A DNA stretch of 64,000 bases from Candidatus Limnocylindrus sp. (GCA_040397175.1 JBBAWM010000003.1:1-64000); one strand, 5' to 3'; counted from the stretch's first letter, positions 28,423 to 38,477 are shown. Numbers and translations are program-made. The notes: a model not told the origin generated them from the sequence alone.

Positions 28423-30058
28423 TTACGGAAGAGTGACAGGCGCTGACGAAACCAGAGCGCCCGTGTCTTTTCGGGTAACCACCACGATGTAACGCGTCCC
28501 ACGTTGCACCTTCCCCGACGCACTCCCTGTCGTTTTCTTCGTTACGGTGAAGTAGAGGTTCACGTTGCCCCCCTTCGCCGAAGTCTTCGTGCCGATGAAG
28601 GTGAGGGCACTCGACACTTTTGAGGTAGCGGCCTTGAAGAGCTTCACGGTGCATCCATATTTCTTGCAGATGCCATTGGCAGTACTCGTTGAAGTGCTCG
28701 TGCTGCCGCTGGCGACCGTGATCTTGTAGGTACTTCCCGAGAGCTTGGCCGACGGTGCCTTCAGCGCACCCGACTTAGGCGCGACCTTAAACTTCGGGGC
28801 TGAGAAGGTCATTCCCACGATGTCGACCAGCACGCCATTTGTGCCCTGGACGCCGCTCGTCCACTCGGTAAACGTCGTGTCGCCGTCTGAGCAGCCGGTA
28901 CCACAGCTTCCTTCGCGCACCGTTGTGAACAGCGCCGCTGGAGTCGCAGCCGCAGGCACGGCGGTGCCATCAGTGAATGATGGTACGCCGAGCTGCTGCA
29001 CGAGTGCGCTTGCCGGAATCACAGCGTGCATCTTTCCGTACCGCACGTCACTGGGCGTGGTTCCAGTGTGCAAATAGTGGCTCGACGCCGCCGCATACTT
29101 CAAGATCGGCAGGTTCGTTGTTGGGTCATTAGCAACTTCAACCGACCCCATGATTGCTCCTTCGGTGGCAAAGAGTGCTCCGGTCATCGCCTCCGACATC
29201 GTCGTGTCAAGACTGAGGACCATGTTGAATGCCAGCCAATCGCTATTGGATCGCGTCACATCGCACGTACTGATCGGCACCGTGGTACACAGATGCGTGT
29301 CGTAGGTTTCGTTGCTGTCAATGATTGGCTTTGATGCCAGCTTTGCATGAACTTCAATAAAGACCGAGGCCGAGGTCGGTGGTTTGCCAATATGACGGGA
29401 TCCCGTTCATCCAGGTCCAGCGCAGTGATTTGCCAAGGGAATTGAGGTTAATCTTTAGATTCACTTCGGTATCAGCGTCAATGGTAAGTGGATTCCCCTC
29501 ATTATCTGTTAGCGTCACATCGTTGTGCGGAGGTAGCCCATCGTTTGGGCTGGTGAAGTTGTACCCTACCTGCCCTGAACCCTTCCGATAGACCAGCGTG
29601 ACACCGATGCGATTCGGCGTGGCGTAGCAGTTAGTTGTTTGGGGCGATGGAAGCCGATCTTTATCGCACAGGTTAAACGGGGCGAGGACGACTCCAATCT
29701 TGCCCGCGCCGCTGCCTAGCGTGGTCGTTGTGTCACCAGAAGAGATGATTGATGTTGTGGTTGCACCATTTTGAATGGTGAGACTCTCAACAAACGGCCG
29801 GAGCGTGAGCGCGCCATCGAGGTCATACCAGTTGCCTGGCATATTTTGATTTCCCGTCTCAACATTTGCTTTATCCATCTCCCGCTGATCAGGCATGCCG
29901 TCGCAGTTGTAGTAGCCGTACGTCGTCGAGCATGAGCCCCACGGGCTCGCATCATCAACATAGTTGGGGTTCTCAACCGCTGTCACGGGCGAGGCGGAGG
30001 GCAGCAGAAGTGCGACAGACAGAACGACAGTCACGATTCGCGGGACGTGGCGCGCCAT
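28423..30058 (-). pseudogene. Large secreted Cys/Thr/Ser-rich protein split by a frameshift near 29354-29400
   Basis: Signal-peptide ORF 30058-29354 (SD GGAGG) ends at ...TTDLGLGLY*; an adjacent frame is open from about 29407 through 28423 and lacks a convincing start of its own. Confidence 0.65.
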
Positions 30059-30196
30059 GGCTTTACCTCCCGTGACCGGAGGTGGCGCACGCCGCCTCTC
30101 TAGTCCAGTCACGCTTAACCAGAGTACACTCACAACTCTGTGGTTTGTGAAGGGGTTTCGTAGAGCAAATGCCGCATCTCCGCTACGCTGCGAGGC

Positions 30197-31042
30197 ATGA
30201 GCTTTGATCCACTCGGTCCACTGCACGCACAGCCGCGACTGGTCACCTTCACGACCGACTTCGGGCTGCGTGACCCCTCTGCCGGGGTCCTTTCGGGCGT
30301 GGTGCTGGGAATCGCCCCAGAGGCCCGCACCCTCGACCTCACCCACGCGATTCCCCCGTATGACGTTGAGGCGGGGGCCGAGGCGCTCGTTGAGTCGCTC
30401 GTACACCTGCCGATCGGTGCCCACGTGGCGGTGGTTGACCCAGGGGTCGGCACCCAGCGCCGACCGATCGCCATTCGCTGCGGGCGTGGCGACGCCCTGA
30501 TCGGCCCAGATAACGGGCTCCTGCTGCCGGCCGCAGCGGCGCTTGGCGGCGCCGTGGCGGTGGTCATCCTGGATGACGAGCGCTGGTGGGGCTCGAGCCG
30601 CTCACACACCTTCCACGGCCGCGACCTCTTTGCCCCAGTGGCCGCGCATCTTGCCGCGGGGGTCCCATTCGGCGACCTCGGCACGCCGATCTCCCCGAGC
30701 GACCTCGTTCCAGCGACCAAGCTCCCGATCGAAATCGGCGCCGGTGTCTTGAACACCTCCGTTCGCATCGTGGACGGCTTCGGAACGCTGGTGCTGACGG
30801 GTGATCGCCAGGCGATTGAGGCGTCGATCGGCGCCCTGACCTCCGGGGATCCGCTGAAGATCAGCGTGGGCGATAAGCAGCTGGCGACCGTCTGGGCGAA
30901 CCGATTCGGGGATGTGCCTGAGCAGGAGCCGCTCTGCTACATCGATTCGGCAGGGCGGCTCGCCCTGGCGATCAACCGTGGCAGCGCCGCCGAGCGATAT
31001 GGTGCAGTTCGCCGAACACTGGTGGTCATTACCCGCGCATAA
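30197..31042 (+). CDS. SAM hydroxide adenosyltransferase / chlorinase-fluorinase family (DUF62)
   Basis: FTTDFG, DLTH, VVDPGVGTQRR, GPDNG, SHTFHGRDLFAP, VDGFG, LAINRGSA. Confidence 0.92.
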   Translation: MSFDPLGPLHAQPRLVTFTTDFGLRDPSAGVLSGVVLGIAPEARTLDLTHAIPPYDVEAGAEALVESLVHLPIGAHVAVVDPGVGTQRRPIAIRCGRGDALIGPDNGLLLPAAAALGGAVAVVILDDERWWGSSRSHTFHGRDLFAPVAAHLAAGVPFGDLGTPISPSDLVPATKLPIEIGAGVLNTSVRIVDGFGTLVLTGDRQAIEASIGALTSGDPLKISVGDKQLATVWANRFGDVPEQEPLCYIDSAGRLALAINRGSAAERYGAVRRTLVVITRA

Positions 31043-31082
31043 GCCGGCTGCGGCCGCATACCCCCCTGCTATCCTTCTGCTC

Positions 31083-31166
31083 GTGGGGACACAACGTCGA
31101 CGGCGCGCCGCGCGCCGATCACCGCTCCACCGTCGCACTGACACTGTGTCGGAGCGTCGCCAATAG
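31083..31166 (+). CDS. Putative leaderless Arg-rich leader peptide MGTQRRRRAARRSPLHRRTDTVSERRQ
   Basis: TGcTATCCT-7nt-GTG; 10 of 27 codons are Arg, including the run CGT CGA CGG CGC; ends 22 nt before the ABC substrate-binding gene. Confidence 0.55.
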   Translation: MGTQRRRRAARRSPLHRRTDTVSERRQ

Positions 31167-31188
31167 CGGCTGTACAGGAGGTACGGAT

Positions 31189-32109
31189 ATGAGCACAGCA
31201 CGCTCTCGCATCGCAATCGGCCAGACCACACGGATGGCGGTCGTCGTGATGGCGATCTCAATGCTCCTTGCCGCCTGCACCAGCTCGACGGCAAGCCCAA
31301 CAGCATCCGTTGGCGCATCGTGCGTGAAGGAGAACCTCGCCGTAAAGAAGGCCGGAAAGCTCACCCTCTCTACCGACAACCCGGCCTATAGCCCGTGGTT
31401 CCAGGGTGGCAACGAGGGCTCTACGGTGTGGACCGGCGAGTTCAATAATGAGCCCTCCAAGGGTCAGGGCTTTGAAGGCGCCGTGGCGTACGCCGTTGCC
31501 GCCAAGCTCGGATTCGCTGCAGACAAGGTTGTGTGGATTCACACCACCTTCGACGCCTCCTTCGCACCTGGCGCGAAGGATTTTGATCTCTTCTTGAATC
31601 AGGTCTCGATCAACACAGCTCGTGCTGAGGCCATTGATTTCAGTAGCGGCTACTACGACGTCACCCAGGCTGTGGTAACGCGCGAGGGTTTGCCAATGGC
31701 CGGGGCGGCCAGCATTGCCGATCTAAAGACGGCGAAGCTCGGCGCACAGATCGGCACGACGAGCCTCGATGCAATCAACAACGTCATCAAGCCGGACACC
31801 GCGGCGGCGGTGTTCAACAGCAACGACGAGGCGGTCGCAGCGCTCGAGGGGGGCATCATTGACGCCATCGTCACCGACCTGCCAACGGCGCAATACATGA
31901 GCAGTGTGCAACTCACAGGGGGCATCATCGTTGGACAGCTGCCTTCGGCCGGCGGGGCACAGGAGCAGTTCGGCATCGTGATGGAGAAGGGTTCATCCCT
32001 TGCCGCATGTGTCTCTTCTGCAGTTGAAGCGCTCAAGGCGGACGGAACGCTCGCCGCACTGCTGAAGCAGTGGATTCCAGACATCGCTAACGCACCAGTC
32101 CTGAAGTAG
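31189..32109 (+). CDS. Polar amino acid ABC transporter substrate-binding lipoprotein
   Basis: Lipobox LLAAC, TDNPAYSPWF, DFSSGYY, GAQIGTT, DGTLAALLKQW; SD AGGAGG. Confidence 0.88.
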   Translation: MSTARSRIAIGQTTRMAVVVMAISMLLAACTSSTASPTASVGASCVKENLAVKKAGKLTLSTDNPAYSPWFQGGNEGSTVWTGEFNNEPSKGQGFEGAVAYAVAAKLGFAADKVVWIHTTFDASFAPGAKDFDLFLNQVSINTARAEAIDFSSGYYDVTQAVVTREGLPMAGAASIADLKTAKLGAQIGTTSLDAINNVIKPDTAAAVFNSNDEAVAALEGGIIDAIVTDLPTAQYMSSVQLTGGIIVGQLPSAGGAQEQFGIVMEKGSSLAACVSSAVEALKADGTLAALLKQWIPDIANAPVLK

Positions 32110-32121
32110 GCGAATCGCACG

Positions 32122-32928
32122 ATGACGGCGGCGAGGTCGGCCCGAAAGGGAACCTTCGTCGCCGTCATCAGCACCCTCGTCGTCGCGACCATCGTCGCGA
32201 TCTCCATCGGATCATCACCGAGCTGGCCGCTCGTGCAGAAGGCCTTCTTCGACGGAACCTATTTCTCTACCTCGCTCCCCAGCGTGCTCGGGGCGTTTGC
32301 CATCAACATCCAACTCTTCGTGTTGGCAGAGATCCTGATCCTGCCACTCGGACTTCTCATCGCCCTCGCGCGATCCATCACGAGTCCCGCGCTCGCGCCG
32401 CTGCGCATCTTCGCCACGATCTACACCGACTTCTTCCGTGGCGTGCCGAGCATCCTGGTGATCTACGTGCTCGGCTTCGGCGTGCCCGCGCTGCGCCTCC
32501 CTGGCGTGCCGAAGGAGCCCTTCTTCTGGGCGCTCGTCACCCTGGTGCTGATCTACAGCGCCTACGTGAGCGAGGTCTACCGCGCTGGCATTGAATCGAT
32601 TCACCCGTCGCAAGAGCGCGCTGCGCGTGCCCTTGGGCTGACCCGCCTCCAGGCGCTGCGCTACGTCGTCCTGCCGCAGGCACTCCGACGCGTGGTGCCA
32701 CCACTCTTGAACGACTTCATCGGGCTGCAGAAAGATACGGCGCTCGTCTCGATTCTCGGTGTCGTGGAGGCCTTCAAGCAGGCACAGATCTTGAAGTCGG
32801 CGAACTTCAACTTCACGCCGCTGATGACTACGGCGCTGATCTTCTTGGTCATCACGATTCCGATGACTCGCCTCGTTGACCGACTCGCGGCGAAGGATCG
32901 TGCGACGCAACAGGGAGGCACACGCTAA
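32122..32928 (+). CDS. Polar amino acid ABC transporter permease
   Basis: YTDFFRGVP, SAYVSEVYRAGI, LPQALR, KDTALV. Confidence 0.9.
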   Translation: MTAARSARKGTFVAVISTLVVATIVAISIGSSPSWPLVQKAFFDGTYFSTSLPSVLGAFAINIQLFVLAEILILPLGLLIALARSITSPALAPLRIFATIYTDFFRGVPSILVIYVLGFGVPALRLPGVPKEPFFWALVTLVLIYSAYVSEVYRAGIESIHPSQERAARALGLTRLQALRYVVLPQALRRVVPPLLNDFIGLQKDTALVSILGVVEAFKQAQILKSANFNFTPLMTTALIFLVITIPMTRLVDRLAAKDRATQQGGTR

Positions 32929-33710
32929 TGGCCCGTGCCGCAGCTCGACGAGACGTAGCGCCAGTATTGGAGTTGCGTGGTCTCTCGAAGCGCTATGGGC
33001 GTGCGCTCGTGCTCGACAAGATTGACCTCACGCTCGCCGAGCATGAGGTGGTCTGCCTGATCGGCGCATCAGGCTCTGGCAAATCCACCTTGTTGCGCTG
33101 CGCCGACCTGCTTGAGCCGATCGACGCCGGAAGTATCACGCTCGACGGGCGTGCCGTGCAAGCCGACGATCGTGACGCCGATGCAACGCGCCGACAGCTG
33201 GGGATCGTCTTTCAGGGGTTCAGCCTCTTCCCGCATCTCACCGCGCTCGAGAATGTGGCACTTGCGCCGCGTGTCGCGCTTGGCCTCAGCGCCGCTGCGG
33301 CTGAGAAGCGTGCCCGCACGCTCCTGAAGCAGCTCGGACTTGCCGCCAAAGCAAGCGCCTATCCCGACAGCCTCTCGGGCGGTCAGCAGCAGCGCGTGGC
33401 AATCGCCCGAGCCTTGGCAACGGAGCCGAAGGTGCTCTTGCTCGACGAGATCACGAGCGCCCTTGATCCGGTGTTGGTTGCCGATGTGCTCGAAGCCCTA
33501 CGCGCGCTGGCGAAGGGCGGCATGACGATGTTGATTGCTACGCACGAGATGGCCTTTGCCGCCGATGTTGCTGACCGCATCTGTTATCTCGAGGGAGGCC
33601 GAATCGTGGAGGAGGGCACTCCCGAGAAGATCTTTCGTGCGCCGCGGGATCCGCGCACACGAGCGTTCTTAAAGCGCGTGCGATCGGTTGGAGCCAGCGC
33701 GCTGCGCTAG
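32928..33710 (+). CDS. Polar amino acid ABC transporter ATP-binding protein
   Basis: GASGSGKS, LSGGQQQRVAIARAL, DEITSALDP, THEMAFA. Confidence 0.92.
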   Translation: MARAAARRDVAPVLELRGLSKRYGRALVLDKIDLTLAEHEVVCLIGASGSGKSTLLRCADLLEPIDAGSITLDGRAVQADDRDADATRRQLGIVFQGFSLFPHLTALENVALAPRVALGLSAAAAEKRARTLLKQLGLAAKASAYPDSLSGGQQQRVAIARALATEPKVLLLDEITSALDPVLVADVLEALRALAKGGMTMLIATHEMAFAADVADRICYLEGGRIVEEGTPEKIFRAPRDPRTRAFLKRVRSVGASALR

Positions 33711-33757
33711 AGCCTCGAAATACGGGCCGCATACGTAATCACAGATAGGGTTACCCA

Positions 33758-34294
33758 ATGAGCCGCATGTATCGCGTCAAGATTGCCGGGCGTTGGACCG
33801 AGGCGCCCAAGTGGGCGCTCGATCTCCCCTTTGAGGTTCGCCCCATGCGCGGCTTCACCGTTGCCGCTTGGCCGCAGTGGCGCCCCACCCTCGAGTTGCT
33901 CGCGCGTGCGACGGCGCGTGCCAAGCGCAAACTTGAGTGGGTACGCATTCACGACCACACGGGAACGCGCCGTGAACCAGCGCATCCGTTCGGCTGGGTC
34001 GTTACCGAAACAGGCGAAATGTTCCTCTGCTCCTACGACAAGGGGACGGCGCTCCACGAGCTTGCACACCTCATCAGTGGTGATTCGCATGGTGATGCGT
34101 GGGCGCGCGCCTGCTTTGAACTCCATCGAACCTGGCTGCGGGGTGCGGCGATCAAGGCGGCTGACCTCGAGGTTACGCGCTATCTCTCGGGGCGGCGTGA
34201 GTGGAAGCGACGATTTGGCGAGAGGCCTCCGAAGCAGCCGGTTCCAGTTAGCTCTTGGATCGCCCCGCGACGAAGAGCCGCTCGAGCAGCGTAA
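33758..34294 (+). CDS. Hypothetical protein with HEXXH zincin (SprT/YgjP-like) motif
   Basis: ALHELAHLISGDSHGDAW; TAGGGT-6nt-ATG start. Confidence 0.65.
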   Translation: MSRMYRVKIAGRWTEAPKWALDLPFEVRPMRGFTVAAWPQWRPTLELLARATARAKRKLEWVRIHDHTGTRREPAHPFGWVVTETGEMFLCSYDKGTALHELAHLISGDSHGDAWARACFELHRTWLRGAAIKAADLEVTRYLSGRREWKRRFGERPPKQPVPVSSWIAPRRRAARAA

Positions 34295-35480
34295 GGTAGG
34301 CAGCGCTCTCGCTCTCCCAATTTGCGCCGCCCGCGATCACCTCGCGTGCTGCATCAATCGTTGTTCGTCGTAGGTCGGCATTTCCATGTAGCCGCTGAAT
34401 CGCATCCGCAAGTGAGGCGGGGTTGCCGCTCTCGTAACGGATCACCGCGGGTTCTGGAATAAGATCATCCAACGTTGCGAGGCGCGATGCAACGACGACA
34501 CGCTCGATCGCCATCCCCTCATACACCTTATTGGAGATGGTCAGGTCCGTAAACGCATCGCGCCGTGTTGGGGCGAGTGCGATATCGCTCTCTGCAATCA
34601 ACCGTGGTACCTCGTCCATCGGCACCCTGCCAGCGAAGTGCACCGCAGACGCCACACCGAGTGTGGCGGCAAGCTCCTGAAGTAGGGGCTCACTCTCACC
34701 CCTACCAGCAATGGTGAGCGTCGCGTTGATCGGTGGGGTGGCTGATCGCATGAGGGCGAGGCCGCGAATCACAACATCAAGCTCATAGGTGGGCGTGAGC
34801 GCTCCGGCATAGACGAGGCGCAGCTCACCATCCTCAGCCCAGGCCCGTGTCCTAAATGCTCCGCTACGGAAGCGCTTGACCTCGGGAACGTTGAGCAGGG
34901 TGCTCATTGAGGATGCGCGCGACGGAACCTCGCGCTTGAGGCGGGCGAGCATTCTTGGAGTCGTTACGAGGGTCCAGTCAGCGGCACGCACCGAGGCGCG
35001 TTCAGCCCACGCAACAACCCCGCCAGCGAGGCGAGCGAGGGCTCGGGTCGCACGAGGCCGATCGTGTGCCGCGAATCGCATCTTGAAGAATTCGGGCGAT
35101 GCCTCATGGAGATCCAGAAGAATCGGCACCGCCGCCTGTCGCCGAAGTGAAGTCGCGGCGAAGATGAGCCAGTCGGGGACGCTATTGACGTGCACCACGG
35201 AGACCGGTGATGCGGCGTGGATCTGGTGCAGCGCCGATCGCGCGGCGAGGGCGAAGCGTGCGTATTCCACAAGGTACGAGAAGAGGCCAGCCCCCTGCCG
35301 TCGCTGGATCGGCAGACGGTGGACCTGCGCACCGTCCACTACGTCGATCGGCGCGTCGTCCGTTCGCTGCAAGGCGATAACGTCGACCTTCCAGCCGGCA
35401 CCGGTGGCTGCGGAGACGGCGCGACGAACGCGTGGATCTTCGTCGTAGTAGGAGTGCACGATCGCGACGAAGTGTGACAT
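34248..35480 (-). CDS. Glycosyltransferase family 4
   Basis: DPRVRR, LDLHE, YAGAL, SNKVYEGMA. Confidence 0.88.
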   Translation of the reverse strand: MSHFVAIVHSYYDEDPRVRRAVSAATGAGWKVDVIALQRTDDAPIDVVDGAQVHRLPIQRRQGAGLFSYLVEYARFALAARSALHQIHAASPVSVVHVNSVPDWLIFAATSLRRQAAVPILLDLHEASPEFFKMRFAAHDRPRATRALARLAGGVVAWAERASVRAADWTLVTTPRMLARLKREVPSRASSMSTLLNVPEVKRFRSGAFRTRAWAEDGELRLVYAGALTPTYELDVVIRGLALMRSATPPINATLTIAGRGESEPLLQELAATLGVASAVHFAGRVPMDEVPRLIAESDIALAPTRRDAFTDLTISNKVYEGMAIERVVVASRLATLDDLIPEPAVIRYESGNPASLADAIQRLHGNADLRRTTIDAAREVIAGGANWESESAAYLTLLERLFVAGRSKS

Positions 35481-35492
35481 CGTCGTGGCCGC

Positions 35493-36584
35493 CTAGGCGC
35501 GGTAGCGGTCGTTGATCATCGCGGCAATACGCACGCCCGCCTTGCCATCCCAGAGCGGTGGCGCCTCCGACGGCAGTGCGAAGGCTCCGGCAAGCACCCC
35601 TGCAGCCGCGTCGGCCAGTTGCGCAGGTGAGATCAGTCGGTTTGTTCCGTGGGTGATGGTGATGGGGCGTTCGGTGTTTTCGCGCATGGTCAGGCACGGC
35701 ACCTTGAGGATGGTCGTCTCCTCCTGCACGCCGCCCGAGTCCGTCACGACCAGTGATGCGCCGCGAACCAGCGAGGCGAACTCGATGTAGCCGAGTGGTG
35801 GAAGGATCTTGATCTGCCGTGATGCTGTTGCCGCATCCACGAGCCCAAGTGCGCCAAGCCGCTCTGCGCCACGCGGATGCAGTGGGATGACGAGGGGGAT
35901 GGTCGCCGACAGCTGCAGCAGTTGTTCGACAATCTCACCCCCGAGCGTTGGGTCGTCGACATTCGATGGTCGGTGCAGGGTTACGACCGCGTAGCGATCT
36001 GGCCAGCCATGGAGCGAGCGTACCGATTCAGGATCCATGCGGTCGAGATTCTTGAGGAGGGTGTCGATCATTGGGTTGCCCACCAGGGCGATGCGCTCTG
36101 TGGATACACCTTCGCGTACCAGGTGATCGACGCCCTCGGGGCTCGTGACCAGGAGGAGATCGGCGAGCGCATCGACAACGACACGATTGACCTCTTCAGG
36201 CATAGCCCGATCGAACGAGCGCAGCCCCGCCTCAACATGCACGACCGGAATCCCGAGCTTTGCCGCAACGAGCGTTGCAGCGAGGGTGGAGTTCACATCG
36301 CCGTACACGATCACGGCACGCGGCGGATTGGCGATGAACTCTGCCTCAAGGGCAAGCAGGAGTGCAGCGGTTTGCCCGGCGTGACTTCCAGAGCCAACAC
36401 CAAGGTTCACATCGGGCTCTGGGATCCCAAGTTGTTCGAAAAACACATCGCTCATGGCTCGGTCGTAGTGCTGCCCCGTGTGCACAAGTCGTTGGGGTAG
36501 GTGATGTGCGGCGACCGCCGCAATCACGGGGGCGGCCTTCATGAAATTGGGCCGTGCCCCGACGATGTGGGTGACTGGCTTCAT
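35493..36584 (-). CDS. wecB: UDP-N-acetylglucosamine 2-epimerase (non-hydrolysing)
   Basis: GARPNFMK, HTGQHYD, GDVNST, HVEAGLRS, TDSGGVQEE, RENTERP. Confidence 0.95.
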   Translation of the reverse strand: MKPVTHIVGARPNFMKAAPVIAAVAAHHLPQRLVHTGQHYDRAMSDVFFEQLGIPEPDVNLGVGSGSHAGQTAALLLALEAEFIANPPRAVIVYGDVNSTLAATLVAAKLGIPVVHVEAGLRSFDRAMPEEVNRVVVDALADLLLVTSPEGVDHLVREGVSTERIALVGNPMIDTLLKNLDRMDPESVRSLHGWPDRYAVVTLHRPSNVDDPTLGGEIVEQLLQLSATIPLVIPLHPRGAERLGALGLVDAATASRQIKILPPLGYIEFASLVRGASLVVTDSGGVQEETTILKVPCLTMRENTERPITITHGTNRLISPAQLADAAAGVLAGAFALPSEAPPLWDGKAGVRIAAMINDRYRA

Positions 36585-36600
36585 GGTCGTATGATACTCC

Positions 36601-38469
36601 GTGATGCCGCTCCGATTTCTCATCATGAGCCTCCTGCGCCCGCGAGAAGCCCTTCGGATCGCCCGTTCCGTGCTTGCCGCTGGTGGTGTCGTAGCGGCTC
36701 GGGCCATTGCCGAACGAAGCGCGAAACGGCGCAACCTTGTCTACGGCCTCATGCGGGCAATCGGCGCACTCTTGACGCGAACGGGCTCTTCGGGCGGCCT
36801 GGTCTACACCACTGTTGCGACCGCTGGAATAGGAAAACGGGGTGAGGCGCTCACCCACCTGCAGCAGCTCATTGGGCTGCCCTCCATTGAGCGCCGTGCC
36901 GCTGGAGCCGCTGCTGCCGCACTTCTAGGGGAGCGCACGCTCTGGAGCGAGCTGACCAGCAGCGCAGGCTTCTCGCAGCCAGCGCTCGATCAGGAAATTT
37001 CTGCGAGCGCGAACCAAACGCTCGAACATGTCGCCACAGCATCGATCTATGCCGGCGAGCTCTCAGAGGGGATTCGCCTCCTTGATGCGCTGCTCCTTCG
37101 CCCCCGCCTCTCGCGCAATTCGCGGTCGGTCCTGAGCCGTCGACGCTCCGATGCCGTTGGGAAGTTGCGGCAATACGATGCGGACTGGCGGCCGAAGATG
37201 CCAGAACCGCCTGCGACCGCTACTTCTGTGGTGCACGACCTGGTGACAACGCTCTGGGTCAACGCCCTTCCAGAAGTTCAGTCGGGCTATACGCTGCGCA
37301 GTCGCTCGGTTGCGCTCGGGCTGCGTGGGGCTGGGCTGGGCGTTCAGGCGGTGACAGCGGCGGGATTCCCTCAAGGCTCCCGCAGGTTGGATCGGCCCGA
37401 GCTCCGACACCTCGACGGACTCGACGTGTGGCGGATCGGCGGCACGGGCACAGATCTCTCCCCCGACGAACTCGGCTGCGCGACCGAAACTGGACTGGCT
37501 CGTGTCATGGACGAGAGTGGATCGGGGGTACTGATCTCCACCACCCCGTACCTCACTGCAGCAACGGCGCTCGCGGTGGCGCGCTCTCGTAAGCGGAAGA
37601 TGATCTACGAGGTTCGTGGCTTCTTGGAGGAGACGTGGGTCTCACGGGCGGGCGCTGGTGCCGATACATCGGAGCTCTACCTGCGTTGGCGCGATGCCGA
37701 GACGCGCACGATGCGCAATGCAGATGCGGTGGTCACCCTCTCTGATGGAATGCGCGACGAGATCGTAGCCCGTGGCGTTCCCGCCGATCGTGTCTTCGTC
37801 GTTCCCAACGGCGTCAACGTCGCTAACTTCACGCCGCAGGCGCCCGACAGCGCACTTCGCGCGCAGCTCGGCATTCCTGCAGGGCTCCCTGTGATTGGGT
37901 ACATCGGCTCCCTCGTTCAATATGAGGGGATCCCCGACCTCGTTCGCGCGGCAGCGCTCCTTCGAGATCAGGGGGTCGATTTCCGGCTCCTGATCGTAGG
38001 CTCGGGCGCCGATGCGGGGCGCATCTCCTCTGCCATCCAAGAGGCCGACCTTGGGGGGCTCGTCGTGATGCCAGGTCGCGTTCCGCACGCTGAGGTTCGT
38101 CGCTACCACTCCCTGATAGACCTCTTCGTCGTACCAAGAACGGCAGACCGTGTCTGTCAGCTGGTCACCCCCTTGAAGCCGTACGAGGCAATGGCGATGG
38201 GGCGTTGTGTTGTGGCATCCGATGTTGCCGCCATCCGCCAGGTGGTTCGAGAGGGTGAGACGGGTCGACTCGCAACTCCGGAGAGCCCGGCCGACCTTGC
38301 TCGCGTGCTCCGAGAACTCATCGAGGCGCCAGAGGTGCGAATGACGCTCGGTCAGACGGCACAGGAGTGGGTCCGCCGTGAGCGAAGCTGGGAGGCAATC
38401 GGCGAAATCTACGCCGACGTCGTGCGCCGCGTGAACTCAGGAGCGTTGGGGGCTTACTCCGAACGCTAA
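36601..38469 (+). CDS. Glycosyltransferase family 4 with N-terminal helical extension
   Basis: SGYTLRS, YEVRGFLEETW, YIGSLVQYEG, LVTPLKPYEAMA. Confidence 0.88.
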   Translation: MMPLRFLIMSLLRPREALRIARSVLAAGGVVAARAIAERSAKRRNLVYGLMRAIGALLTRTGSSGGLVYTTVATAGIGKRGEALTHLQQLIGLPSIERRAAGAAAAALLGERTLWSELTSSAGFSQPALDQEISASANQTLEHVATASIYAGELSEGIRLLDALLLRPRLSRNSRSVLSRRRSDAVGKLRQYDADWRPKMPEPPATATSVVHDLVTTLWVNALPEVQSGYTLRSRSVALGLRGAGLGVQAVTAAGFPQGSRRLDRPELRHLDGLDVWRIGGTGTDLSPDELGCATETGLARVMDESGSGVLISTTPYLTAATALAVARSRKRKMIYEVRGFLEETWVSRAGAGADTSELYLRWRDAETRTMRNADAVVTLSDGMRDEIVARGVPADRVFVVPNGVNVANFTPQAPDSALRAQLGIPAGLPVIGYIGSLVQYEGIPDLVRAAALLRDQGVDFRLLIVGSGADAGRISSAIQEADLGGLVVMPGRVPHAEVRRYHSLIDLFVVPRTADRVCQLVTPLKPYEAMAMGRCVVASDVAAIRQVVREGETGRLATPESPADLARVLRELIEAPEVRMTLGQTAQEWVRRERSWEAIGEIYADVVRRVNSGALGAYSER

Positions 38470-38477
38470 GACGGACG

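Noticed and set aside
30128-30163. TCACAA...TTGTGA inverted repeat and TTGTGAA half-site resembling a Rex or CRP box
   Set aside because: Spacing does not fit either consensus, the second Rex half-site is poor, and there is a single occurrence
30197-31042. DUF62 protein as a fluorinase/chlorinase of a halometabolite cluster
   Set aside because: No biosynthetic context; the retained Asp/Arg/His motifs fit the common SAM hydroxide adenosyltransferase
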